Assembly (NCBI GenBank): GCA_964625595.1
Contig: CAZVDH010000001.1
Coordinates: 9,940 to 73,939 of the forward strand
Length of the DNA stretch: 64,000 nucleotides
Reading direction: 5' to 3'
Origin: an uncultured Oscillospiraceae bacterium
Lineage (GTDB): Bacteria; Bacillota; Clostridia; Oscillospirales; Oscillospiraceae
Each line of letters starts with the position of its first letter. The first letter of the stretch is position 1. Under the pieces are notes generated by a model. The model saw only the letters and a program-made list of their open reading frames with translations, was not told the origin of the DNA and made no database searches. Shown in pieces: positions 18,401-26,309 of the stretch. The position numbers were made by a program, and so were the translations under genes.

Positions 18401-18697
18401 CTGCCGGGCGGATGCCGCCATGGCAACCATCCGTCCGCCGCCGTCAAGGCACTGCACATTGGCGCTTCCCGCACGCTCTGCCACACGCCGGGCCAGACGG
18501 GTAAAGGAAAGCACCTCCGCGAAACGGCTGGCAGTATCCCCCGCCCGAAAGCAAAGCATCCGTTCCGTCTCATGGCTGATAAGCTCCGGCACCATCAGGA
18601 TTCTTCCGGGGCGTTCCATTTTCACATCTTCGCTGATCCGGGAAAAGACTTCATCCCGGTTGGCCGTCCAGTCCCGGCCAAGAAGCAAATGGAGCAT
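15440..18697 (-). CDS. addB: ATP-dependent helicase/nuclease subunit B
   Basis: LSFTRLA, SASQI..C, GFVDRVD..VVDYKTG, C-terminal Fe-S cysteines CQFCPYGGVC; adjacent to addA. Confidence 0.93.
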   Translation of the reverse strand: MLHLLLGRDWTANRDEVFSRISEDVKMERPGRILMVPELISHETERMLCFRAGDTASRFAEVLSFTRLARRVAERAGSANVQCLDGGGRMVAMAASARQLASRLKAYASVETKPEFLEKLIEAVDEFKRCCISPEDLLHASEMTEGSLAQKLEELSLLMGGYDALCVRGKRDPRDQMTWLLERLEEGSFAQDHVFYIEGFPDFTRQHFAILECLIRLSPDVTVSINCDVPNSRLLAFEKAGDTAGELLRCARRAGVEVHIETIRERNVPLLPLRSNLFQGTIREGILRDHLSTVYAGSVWQECLAAGQRVRSLVMEGCRYRDITLVVTDMAAYQPVLEQVFERLHIPLYRSGTEDIMQKNVICTVLTALDAAVSGFDRKSVLEYLRSALSPLDQDTCDLVENYAVVWNIRGNQWLADWAFHPDGLSGVWDEPSQLRLQSLNEARALAITPLEHLRQGLQSASALREQVLALYAFLEEIGLETRLEALSRVLEAEEDDRNAQILGQLWEILLSALEQLYDVLGDTHWETEHFTRLLRLLLSQYDVGTIPPVLDAVQMGPVSAMRCHKEKHLLVLGAEEGKLPGYSGSVGLLTDQERVALRALGVPLTGGAMEGIQAEFAEIYGVFCGAEETVEVFCSSQQPSFLFRRLESLAGGSVQADTVMEFSAADPGEAAAWLAARNAEQTAGELGLYPDYQSIRRRASHSLGTVSADGIRGLYGETLNLSASQIDTQAECRLQYFLKYGLRARERKEAAVDPAEFGTYVHAVLENTARCIRDMGGFHQVSLEQTLSIAHDFSDSYARARFGPLASQRVQYLFRRNLRELDMVVEELWTELSQSAFSPRDFEVNFGGEDGLPPIPIPNERIQAILRGFVDRVDVWDSGNTCYYRVVDYKTGKKDFDYCDVFNGVGLQMLLYLFALKHSGSDVLGQTPVPAGVQYFPARAPYLSLDGKPDPEEADRERLDKWKRKGLLLNDEAVLHAMEPGENPSRSFKIKKDGTVQGDLADRDQLKLLEGYIFRVLKKLVEDIAAGIVEPNPYCRGTSHDACQFCPYGGVCHKDEVPGRRNYKTMTAQRFWEEIGKEMGKDAE

Positions 18698-18766
18698 AAA
18701 CAAGGCTCCTTTCTGTTACGTTTCTCTTATTATAGCATATTCCTATCCAAAAAGACAGAGGGAGCC

Positions 18767-19375
18767 TCAGCCTGCCAGGAATTTTTCCAGTTCCCCCAGC
18801 TTATCCAGAAGATAGAAACGAATCTGGTAAGGTTCTTCCCCTGTCAGAGCGCCAGATAACGCGTCCGGGAATCCCGCACCGGCGGCAGTATCGCTGAAGC
18901 CCTGCGCCGTCTGGGGTACGCACAGGGAGGGGAATACGACACACCACCAGTTTTTTCCCGCACCGTCTCCAATCGTAACCCGCAAGGCCTCGTAAATCCC
19001 AGCAGGCAGGGAGAAGGTATCATACTGCCTGGTTGGAAATCCCTCCCGGCAGAGCGTGACAACAGCCTGCTGGGCACTGCCCGCGGCATCCAGGGTCTTG
19101 TTGGCAAGCTCCTGCAGCTTCGATAAGTTTTCCTGCAGGTATTCCTTTGCCTGCTCCGTATCCCGAACATCCGCCAAAGCCTGGCGCAGGCTTGCAATCA
19201 CTGCGTCCCGAACCAGGAGCTTGAGATTCTGATCTTCGACGCTGTCGGAATTGGCTACCACATGAAGCCGGATCAGTTCTTCGTTCAGCCTCTGCCTGTC
19301 CGCAATCACCGTGCCGCACCAAACAAAAGCAGCGAGCAAAGCACACGCCAAAACGCATTTTATCAGTTTTTTCAT
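18767..19375 (-). CDS. spoIIR: Stage II sporulation protein R
   Basis: LIRLHVVANSDS, FPTRQY, PAGIYEALRVTIGDGAGKNWWCVVFPSLC. Confidence 0.96.
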   Translation of the reverse strand: MKKLIKCVLACALLAAFVWCGTVIADRQRLNEELIRLHVVANSDSVEDQNLKLLVRDAVIASLRQALADVRDTEQAKEYLQENLSKLQELANKTLDAAGSAQQAVVTLCREGFPTRQYDTFSLPAGIYEALRVTIGDGAGKNWWCVVFPSLCVPQTAQGFSDTAAGAGFPDALSGALTGEEPYQIRFYLLDKLGELEKFLAG

Positions 19376-19383
19376 AAGAAACA

Positions 19384-19436
19384 CCGTCCATACCTGAGAA
19401 TATTCTCAGTATGGACGGCATTTGGAAAAAATATAC
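19384..19436 (-). promoter_or_regulatory. sigF/sigG-type promoter with a long inverted repeat covering the -10 and SD of spoIIR
   Basis: GTATA-N18-CATACTG; CCGTCCATAC-TGAGAA/TTCTCA-G-GTATGGACGG hairpin at 19384-19418. Confidence 0.7.
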
Positions 19437-19447
19437 AAAAGCCGGGG

Positions 19448-20305
19448 TCAAACGGGTTTTGCGATGAAAATTCCGGGAAAATTGTCCTTGAGCATATTAC
19501 AAACAACGGCAGCGTACTCAAAGCTGGGCATAATGGCAAATATTGCGGAACCGGACCCCGTCATCTGTTGTCCCAGAGAGCCGTAGCTGTTGCAGATGGA
19601 TTTAATATAGTTGAGTTCCAGATGATCGGCGGTGACAACCGGATCGAAAACATTGTACACCTGGTCAGCAATTGCCTGGAGATCCCCGGCTATCAGCGCA
19701 TTCTCCATTGCCCGGTTGTCCGGATGGACAGGAATCGCGACGGTATCCAGCTTCCGGTACAGCTCCGGGGTGGAAACAGAGAAATCCGGTTTGCAGACCA
19801 CGAAAGTGCAGTCCGGCATGGGCGGCAGCGGACGCAGGCGCTCCCCCCTGCCCTCCACCATGGCAGTACCGGTCAGTGTGCAGAAAGGTACATCACTGCC
19901 CACCTGGGCACCCAGTTCGGCCAGAGCGAGAATGGACAGCGGTTCTCCGTAATGCCGGTTCAGCGCCCTGAGTACCGCGGCAGCATCCGCGCTGCCGCCG
20001 CCGAGACCCGCGCCGGAGGGAATCCGCTTCGTGATCCGGATGGCAAGGCCCTCCGGATCCTTTCCCAGCTTTTCACAAAACACCTTGGCTGCTTTCCAGG
20101 CAAGGTTCCTTTCGTCCGAGGGAATTTCCTCCGCGCTGCAAGCCAGCGTCCAGGGCTTTCCCGTACCCACATCAATTTCCACATCGTCCCGAATGGATAT
20201 TGTCTGCATGACACTTTGCAGGTCATGATATCCGTCCGGACGCTTGCCCAGAACATCCAGTGTCAGATTTACTTTGGCAAACGCGCCTTCATAAAGCGTG
20301 GTCAT
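19448..20305 (-). CDS. ispE: 4-diphosphocytidyl-2-C-methyl-D-erythritol kinase
   Basis: AKVNLTL..DGYH, PSGAGLGGGSADAA, GSDVPF, MTGSGS. Confidence 0.96.
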   Translation of the reverse strand: MTTLYEGAFAKVNLTLDVLGKRPDGYHDLQSVMQTISIRDDVEIDVGTGKPWTLACSAEEIPSDERNLAWKAAKVFCEKLGKDPEGLAIRITKRIPSGAGLGGGSADAAAVLRALNRHYGEPLSILALAELGAQVGSDVPFCTLTGTAMVEGRGERLRPLPPMPDCTFVVCKPDFSVSTPELYRKLDTVAIPVHPDNRAMENALIAGDLQAIADQVYNVFDPVVTADHLELNYIKSICNSYGSLGQQMTGSGSAIFAIMPSFEYAAVVCNMLKDNFPGIFIAKPV

Positions 20306-20437
20306 GATCTTTCGCCCTCCTTTTTTCGTGATTATACCGCATTTCATTCGGAAAAGCAACCGCGTCCCGAAAAAACGTGATAGTTTCGCATAATTGGGGC
20401 ATAGTATCATCATCCGAAGAAAAAGGGAGGTAACAGC

Positions 20438-20641
20438 ATGGATACCATCGCGCTGATTTTGTCCATTATCGGATGTATCAACTGGGGCCTGGTTGGGATA
20501 TTCCAGTTTGACCTGGTGGCCTGGCTTTTCGGCGGCGCAGGTGCAGTCATCAGCCGGATCATTTACACACTGGTGGGTCTGGCAGGCCTGTGGACGATCT
20601 CTTTCCTGTTCCGCGGAAATGGATTCCTGAACAGAGAATGA
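20438..20641 (+). CDS. DUF378 (YuzA-like) small membrane protein
   Basis: IIGCINWGLVGIFQFDLVA..SRIIY.LVGLAG. Confidence 0.9.
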   Translation: MDTIALILSIIGCINWGLVGIFQFDLVAWLFGGAGAVISRIIYTLVGLAGLWTISFLFRGNGFLNRE

Positions 20642-20646
20642 GCGAA

Positions 20647-20682
20647 AAAGGGTGTGATCCATTCTGCGGATCACACCCTTTT
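20647..20682. terminator. Bidirectional terminator
   Basis: AAAGGGTGTGATCC/GGATCACACCCTTT. Confidence 0.8.
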
Positions 20683-20683
20683 G

Positions 20684-21793
20684 TCAGCGAAGCCAAACCA
20701 GATTCGCGTCTGTCAGGAAATTACTTAGGCTGTAGCAAATCAGAATTTCATCAAAATATTCCTCACGGCATAAGGCAGAAAGCTCCGCTTTATAGTAGCG
20801 AAGATCCACCAGGAGCACCGTTTCGTAGCTCTCAGCCAGAAAAACGCCCATACTGTTGGCAAAAGAGTCCCGAATTACCAAAAGCTTTCCGTAGCCTGCC
20901 GGATTGGTAACGCGAACAATAGAATGATTCCCGTCCAGATTCACCGTATATTTGTCCGTTTCCTCCAGACGGTTCCAATAATAGGGGCCCGCGTGGAATT
21001 CATTGGTTTCCCCATTGACCACAGTCAGATCACTTGCGCTGACCCATAATTCCAGGGAGTCCGGTTTTGTCAGCCACAAGGCGCTTCTGGAATAGGTGGA
21101 ACCGAAGAAATCCCCGTACTGGCCAATCCGGAAAGCGTCCTCCGGCACCGGCTCCCGTCCCGCTGCAAGACACCAGGCACAATACCCCTCGTAGGCCCCC
21201 CGGCTGTTCCAATGGTGGTCCGTTTTAAAATACCATTCTTTCTGTCCACAAAACAATTCGGTCAGATCAACGGTTTGGACGGTGCTTCCTGCCATCTCGT
21301 AAATTTTATGGATCATTTCCTGGTCGTTATAGTCCTTTGCGGGCTTATGAACATCCTCTTCGGCAGCCCATCCTGCCGATGGGATCAGCATGAGGGAAAC
21401 ATTCTGCCCGGTTTTCCCGGAAAACTGCCGGATAGCTTCCACATTCTTTTCCACACGGTCCTGGTCCCAGACAGCCGGTGCTTCCACGAGCCGTCCGTCC
21501 TTTGCCGTATAAATATCCAGGGATGCCTGCCGTCCTGTCAAGCGGACAAAGTAGGCATTGAGACCGACAAAGAAATTCCGTCCCGGAATATGGTCGGCCA
21601 GGTATTGCTCCGCGCTCTCTCCCCATTCGCCGGAAGCAAGGGTTTTCCAGGAAAACTTGGGAGAATCCTCCAGATACCGCTTTTCCAAAGCGGAAAAATC
21701 CTCCTTGGGCAAAAAGACATAACACAGACACATAACCGCCAGGAAACCGCAGAACAGTTCCGCGACTGTTTTTTCATATAACCGTTCTTTCAT
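20684..21793 (-). CDS. DHHW-family (AlgJ/PatB-like) O-acetyltransferase
   Basis: YFKTDHHW and IRDSF motifs, N-terminal TM helix. Confidence 0.88.
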   Translation of the reverse strand: MKERLYEKTVAELFCGFLAVMCLCYVFLPKEDFSALEKRYLEDSPKFSWKTLASGEWGESAEQYLADHIPGRNFFVGLNAYFVRLTGRQASLDIYTAKDGRLVEAPAVWDQDRVEKNVEAIRQFSGKTGQNVSLMLIPSAGWAAEEDVHKPAKDYNDQEMIHKIYEMAGSTVQTVDLTELFCGQKEWYFKTDHHWNSRGAYEGYCAWCLAAGREPVPEDAFRIGQYGDFFGSTYSRSALWLTKPDSLELWVSASDLTVVNGETNEFHAGPYYWNRLEETDKYTVNLDGNHSIVRVTNPAGYGKLLVIRDSFANSMGVFLAESYETVLLVDLRYYKAELSALCREEYFDEILICYSLSNFLTDANLVWLR

Positions 21794-21807
21794 TCCTGCC
21801 GCCTCCC

Positions 21808-23190
21808 TCAAAACCGGAAATAGATAAAGGGATTATAGCTTTGACTGGCAAGCGCACCCACACACAGGAGCATGGCACAGGCAGCGGCCGCTGCTTTCAC
21901 GTACCGGACAACGGGTGAATTCCCCCTGGCCGCAAGGGATGCGGGTATGGGTGTGGCCGCGAAAGCGGCAACTGCCATCAACGGGAGGAAAGAAACAATG
22001 AGCGGCAGGCTTCCGGAAGAAGCGGGCGCAGGAGTCCACAGCCGGCCCATGAATTGCGCCAACGCTCCCAGATCCTCAAAATAAAACAACGCCCAGCCGA
22101 TCATGACTGCCAAAAGTGTATACAGGTGCTTTATGGGCTTTGGAAGCTTTTCCAGAACCCGAAGCAGAAACAGCTTTTCCAGGATGAGCAGGACAGCATA
22201 GTAAAGGCCCCACAGCGCAAAATTCCAGCTGGCACCGTGCCACAGGCCGGTCAGGAACCAGACAATCAGCAGATTCAGCAGCTGCCTGCCTTTCCCCCGC
22301 CGGTTCCCGCCCAGAGGAATATAAACATACTCCCGGAACCAGGTGGACAGAGAAATATGCCACCGCCGCCAGAACTCGGTCACACTGGCAGAAATATAGG
22401 GATACCGGAAGTTTTCAAGAAATTCAAAGCCGAACATCCGGCCCAGACCTCTTGCCATATCCGAATAGCCGGAAAAGTCAAAATAGATCTGCAGCGTATA
22501 CGCCGCAAGCCCGACCCAGGCCGCTGCCGGACCCGTTTCGGACTGAAGCTGAAGCCAGGCTTCGCCCATGGGATTCGCAAGCAAAACCTTTTTGGAAAGG
22601 CCGGCAATGAAAAGAAGAACACCGGAAGAAAAATCATTGAGGTTTTCCCGCCGGGAGCTGAGCTGCTGAGCCACATCCCGGTAGCGGACGATGGGACCGG
22701 CAATGAGCTGGGGAAACAGTGCCACATAGGTGCCAAAGGTCAGCGGATTTTTCTGAACGGGGGCGTCATCCCGGTACACGTCAATGATGTAGCTCATGGA
22801 TTGGAAGATGTAAAAGGAAATGCCGATGGGAAGCTCCACCTGGGGAACGGAAATACTCTGTAATCCAGGGATCAGCGCAGCAATCGCCGACATAAGGAAT
22901 GAAGCGTACTTGAAATAGCCCAATAGCAGAAGATTCGCTGCCACACCGCCGGCAAGAACCGCTTTGGCTCCCTTACCTTTCCTGCGAAGCGCCCAGATCC
23001 ACAGGCCAAAGCCGTAGTTCAGGAGGATTGCCGCCAGCATGAGCAGCAGATATACCGGCTCTCCCCATCCGTAGAAGATAAGGCTTACCAGGAGCAAAAC
23101 CTGGTTCCTCAGAATGCGGGGAACCAGATAGTAAACCGCCAGCACCGCCGGCAAAAATACGAACAAAAAAACATTGCTGGAAAAGAGCAT
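21808..23190 (-). CDS. MBOAT O-acyltransferase (AlgI/PatA/DltB family)
   Basis: LPIGISFY, QIYFDFSGYSDMA, FWRRWHISL, LWHGA, C-terminal FIYFRF. Confidence 0.95.
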   Translation of the reverse strand: MLFSSNVFLFVFLPAVLAVYYLVPRILRNQVLLLVSLIFYGWGEPVYLLLMLAAILLNYGFGLWIWALRRKGKGAKAVLAGGVAANLLLLGYFKYASFLMSAIAALIPGLQSISVPQVELPIGISFYIFQSMSYIIDVYRDDAPVQKNPLTFGTYVALFPQLIAGPIVRYRDVAQQLSSRRENLNDFSSGVLLFIAGLSKKVLLANPMGEAWLQLQSETGPAAAWVGLAAYTLQIYFDFSGYSDMARGLGRMFGFEFLENFRYPYISASVTEFWRRWHISLSTWFREYVYIPLGGNRRGKGRQLLNLLIVWFLTGLWHGASWNFALWGLYYAVLLILEKLFLLRVLEKLPKPIKHLYTLLAVMIGWALFYFEDLGALAQFMGRLWTPAPASSGSLPLIVSFLPLMAVAAFAATPIPASLAARGNSPVVRYVKAAAAACAMLLCVGALASQSYNPFIYFRF

Positions 23191-23254
23191 GGATTTTTCT
23201 CCTTACGAGACGAACGGCGCCGGACCGGCTTTTCTCCGGCCCGGCGCTGTCAGA

Positions 23255-23761
23255 TCATTTTCCAATCGCAGTGCGGAATGTACCGGCAAGGGTCTCCGCT
23301 TCCGGCGTTACAATCAGCGCAAGAAATCTTCCCTCCCGGATAAGCTGGGCTTTCTTTACCACCTCATACTGAGCCGGCGCGTAAGTCTCCGTCTCTTCCG
23401 CTTTCATCTTCAGGCGAAGCTGGGCGGCAGCTTCCAAATCGTCCATGGCCTTTTCATCCTTTGCCTCGATCAGCCAAATCTCGTCGGTTTCCAAGCCGTT
23501 GAGGTTGACCGCAACCAGGGCCTGCAGGCAATCCTCTTTGTTGATACCGCAGTAGGTCTGCATCGTCGCGTCATCCAGCAGGATCATTTCCGGAAGCTTA
23601 CCGGTCATTTCCTCGTATACTTTCTCAAAATCCGGCGCGGCAGGCTCCGTAGCGGCAGCCGTAGTTTCAACGGGAGCGGAGGTGGTCGGCTGGGACGCGC
23701 CGCAGCCCGTCAGAATCAGCGCCAAAAGGGCGATAACCGCGATCAGGGTTTTTACTCTCAT
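23255..23761 (-). CDS. DUF4358-like lipoprotein
   Basis: Lipobox LTGC, DEIWLIEA..Y.PAQY motif, typical partner of MBOAT clusters. Confidence 0.75.
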   Translation of the reverse strand: MRVKTLIAVIALLALILTGCGASQPTTSAPVETTAAATEPAAPDFEKVYEEMTGKLPEMILLDDATMQTYCGINKEDCLQALVAVNLNGLETDEIWLIEAKDEKAMDDLEAAAQLRLKMKAEETETYAPAQYEVVKKAQLIREGRFLALIVTPEAETLAGTFRTAIGK

Positions 23762-24903
23762 GATTTTTCTCCTTTCAACTGTTCCGCAATGTAGGTTTCC
23801 AGGACTTTCACCCAAACATCACAGCCTTTATAGCTGGCGTGCATCAGGTCATCGGAGCAGTAGTCCTTGGCAATACCGTTGGTGCTGTCTTTGAAGTAAG
23901 GCGCGATGTCCACATATCCGTAGCCATGCTCTTCGGCATAGGCTCGCAGGATTACATTATAGGAATCAAAATCTTCATTTGTAAAGCCCGGGTACTCAGC
24001 ATCCGTCCAAACGGGGGTCAGGGATTCGATATGGATCTCCAGATCCGGTGTTTTTTCCAGAATATTCCCCAGCAGTTCGTCCCAAAGCTCCATGGACTTT
24101 TCAATACCGTACTGAGGAACATCATTGGCGCCCATGAGGACATAAAGCTTTTTCCGCCCGCTCTTGGCGATGGCATCTTCCGGACGGCATTCCTGGCCGC
24201 CATAGAAGAATTTCCGGTAGCCCGTGACAAGGCTGTTCAGGCTGACACCGCCACGGACCAGGAACAGCACATTCCCCAAACCGTGATACAGATTCTGCCA
24301 CTGATACAGAGAATAGGTCATGGAGTCGCCCATAATAATGACATCATCAAAATAGTCCGTCACATCCTGCTTGACAACGGGCGGACGGAGCAGAGGCTGA
24401 TGATAATAATAGGGGTCAATGTAAGGGAGCTTTTCTTCCGGGTCCACCTCCGACACAATCCGGCACTCGGCTTCCCGGTCCTCGTAATAAACATGCAAAA
24501 CCGTATTGCCGGGCGCAATGGCGATCACACTGCCCTGGGCAACCAGAGCAACCGATGTATCTTCAATGCTCCAGAACAGGTCTTCCGGATCGAATTCCTC
24601 ACAGGTAACTTTCTGCGCCTTTCCCTTAGCGGTAAAGGTAAGCGTATCGGAAGAGAGAACCAATGGTTCGGGAGCGGGTTCTGTCTGCTCAGGTTCTGTT
24701 TCGGGTGGAATCGTCTCTTCCGGTTCCGTTTCCGTCGGAATGGTTTCCTGGCTCTCGGTTTCCGGAGGTAATGTAGTGGCCTGGGTACTTTCGGTGAGTG
24801 TGGTCTGCACAGAAGCGGATTCATTATCGTTGGAGCAACCTGCGGCAAAGATGCCGAAAAGCATGCTCACGCACAAAAGAACACAAGTTGTTTTCCGAAT
24901 CAT
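23758..24903 (-). CDS. Lipoprotein with Ig-like and SGNH/GDSL hydrolase domains
   Basis: Lipobox AAGC, P/E/T linker, GDS, GAND and DxxH (DLMH) blocks. Confidence 0.85.
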   Translation of the reverse strand: MIRKTTCVLLCVSMLFGIFAAGCSNDNESASVQTTLTESTQATTLPPETESQETIPTETEPEETIPPETEPEQTEPAPEPLVLSSDTLTFTAKGKAQKVTCEEFDPEDLFWSIEDTSVALVAQGSVIAIAPGNTVLHVYYEDREAECRIVSEVDPEEKLPYIDPYYYHQPLLRPPVVKQDVTDYFDDVIIMGDSMTYSLYQWQNLYHGLGNVLFLVRGGVSLNSLVTGYRKFFYGGQECRPEDAIAKSGRKKLYVLMGANDVPQYGIEKSMELWDELLGNILEKTPDLEIHIESLTPVWTDAEYPGFTNEDFDSYNVILRAYAEEHGYGYVDIAPYFKDSTNGIAKDYCSDDLMHASYKGCDVWVKVLETYIAEQLKGEKS

Positions 24904-25121
24904 TTTGCTCCCTCTTTGTTTTGCATTTTCCTGCGTATTTTACCATATTTTATTCTGTAATGCAATGGGTAATTTGCCGGAATCCGGCAGATTGCGGCAT
25001 TATTCTGATAAGTCAGCATTCCAAGAGCCTTCTTTCTTCCGGTGTACAAACAAATGGGAGCAGCATTTATACAGGAAAACCGGCCGGGTGTTCCCGGCCG
25101 GTCAATGGTATCCGCAGGCTG

Positions 25122-26174
25122 TCAGAAATTGCAGCGAACGATGCAGGTAGCTGTCTGATTCCCGTATTTCACAGTAATCGTCGTAATACCCGGGCCAACG
25201 GCGCTAACCGCACCGTTTTTAACCGTTGCAACATTGGGGTTTGCTGTGGACCACTCTACCTGCTCTGCGGTAAGTGCGCAGTCCAGCTCGAGATCCACAT
25301 ATACGCCCCCGCGTCCAAAGGTGATGTCCGTTTTCTTGAGCTTCAAAACAATATCGGGGGCTGCGGCAGCAGCAGCTTCCGTCGGGGCCTGGGTTTCTTC
25401 CGCTCCCTGGGTTTCTTCCGGGGCTTGTGTCTCGGCGGCAGTAGGCTCCGTAGTCTCCTCCACTGTATAATTGACGGTTACGGGGCACTCGATCCGCTGA
25501 CTGCCGCAGGTCACCACGATAGTGGTTTCACCCTCAGAAACCGCCGTAACACGCCCTTCCTCATTCACCGTGGCAATGGACTCGTCCAGGGAAGCGTAGA
25601 CCAGCGTGTCGGTAGTATCCTCCGGCATTACAACCACATGGAGAAGCCAGAACTGCCCCTCCTGGCTCAGGGTGGGCATCCCGCTGGTAACGCTGATACC
25701 CGTGCAGGGAACAGTCGGAATCGTAGCTTCTGTTGTTTCGGCTGTCTGGACAGACGCAGTGGGAAGCGTCTCCTGCTGCTTGTTCCGGGAAGGCAGGAAG
25801 TACCGGAAAAGGATAAAACCGATCGTAGCCAGCAGCGCAACGATCACGATTGTCAAAAGAACGACCAAAACCGGATTGGAACGGCGCTCGTTCTCCTCCT
25901 GGAGTTCTTCTTCATTATCATAAGGATTCTCCTCTTGTTCAGAAGAATCGGGGCCGTTGACGGCATCGAAGTCAAAAATCTCCCGGTTTCTTGGTTTCCG
26001 CGCAGCCGGTCCCTGGGAAGCCCCAATGTTCATTTCCTCCTGACGCGCCTGCTCGTCAATGGCGGCAAGCTCATCGCCAAAATCAATTCCGCCCTGCGAC
26101 CAACCGCAGATCGGGCAGCGGGGCTCTGTATCCGGATATGTGGTTCCGCATATTTCGCAAATAATCTTGCTCAT
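25122..26174 (-). CDS. Membrane protein: N-terminal zinc ribbon, acidic linker, TM, two Big_2 Ig-like domains
   Basis: CEICG..CPICG; hydrophobic VLVVLLTIVIVALLATIGFILF; YASLDESIATV..GETTI and WSTANPNVATV..GITTI. Confidence 0.8.
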   Translation of the reverse strand: MSKIICEICGTTYPDTEPRCPICGWSQGGIDFGDELAAIDEQARQEEMNIGASQGPAARKPRNREIFDFDAVNGPDSSEQEENPYDNEEELQEENERRSNPVLVVLLTIVIVALLATIGFILFRYFLPSRNKQQETLPTASVQTAETTEATIPTVPCTGISVTSGMPTLSQEGQFWLLHVVVMPEDTTDTLVYASLDESIATVNEEGRVTAVSEGETTIVVTCGSQRIECPVTVNYTVEETTEPTAAETQAPEETQGAEETQAPTEAAAAAAPDIVLKLKKTDITFGRGGVYVDLELDCALTAEQVEWSTANPNVATVKNGAVSAVGPGITTITVKYGNQTATCIVRCNF

Positions 26175-26309
26175 AAAGCTCCTCCTGACTGGATATACAA
26201 AGCTTTCTTATCTTCCGACTGATTATAGCACGGTTCCTGAAAGAAAACAAGAACAAAGATGTTGCTTTTTTTAGTTTTTTATTTTATGATAAGGAAGTAA
26301 AAGGAGGCG

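Noticed and set aside
25370-25460. Short direct repeats (EETQAP/EETQGA) and P/E/T-rich tracts in surface proteins
   Set aside because: Ordinary low-complexity linkers within CDSs.
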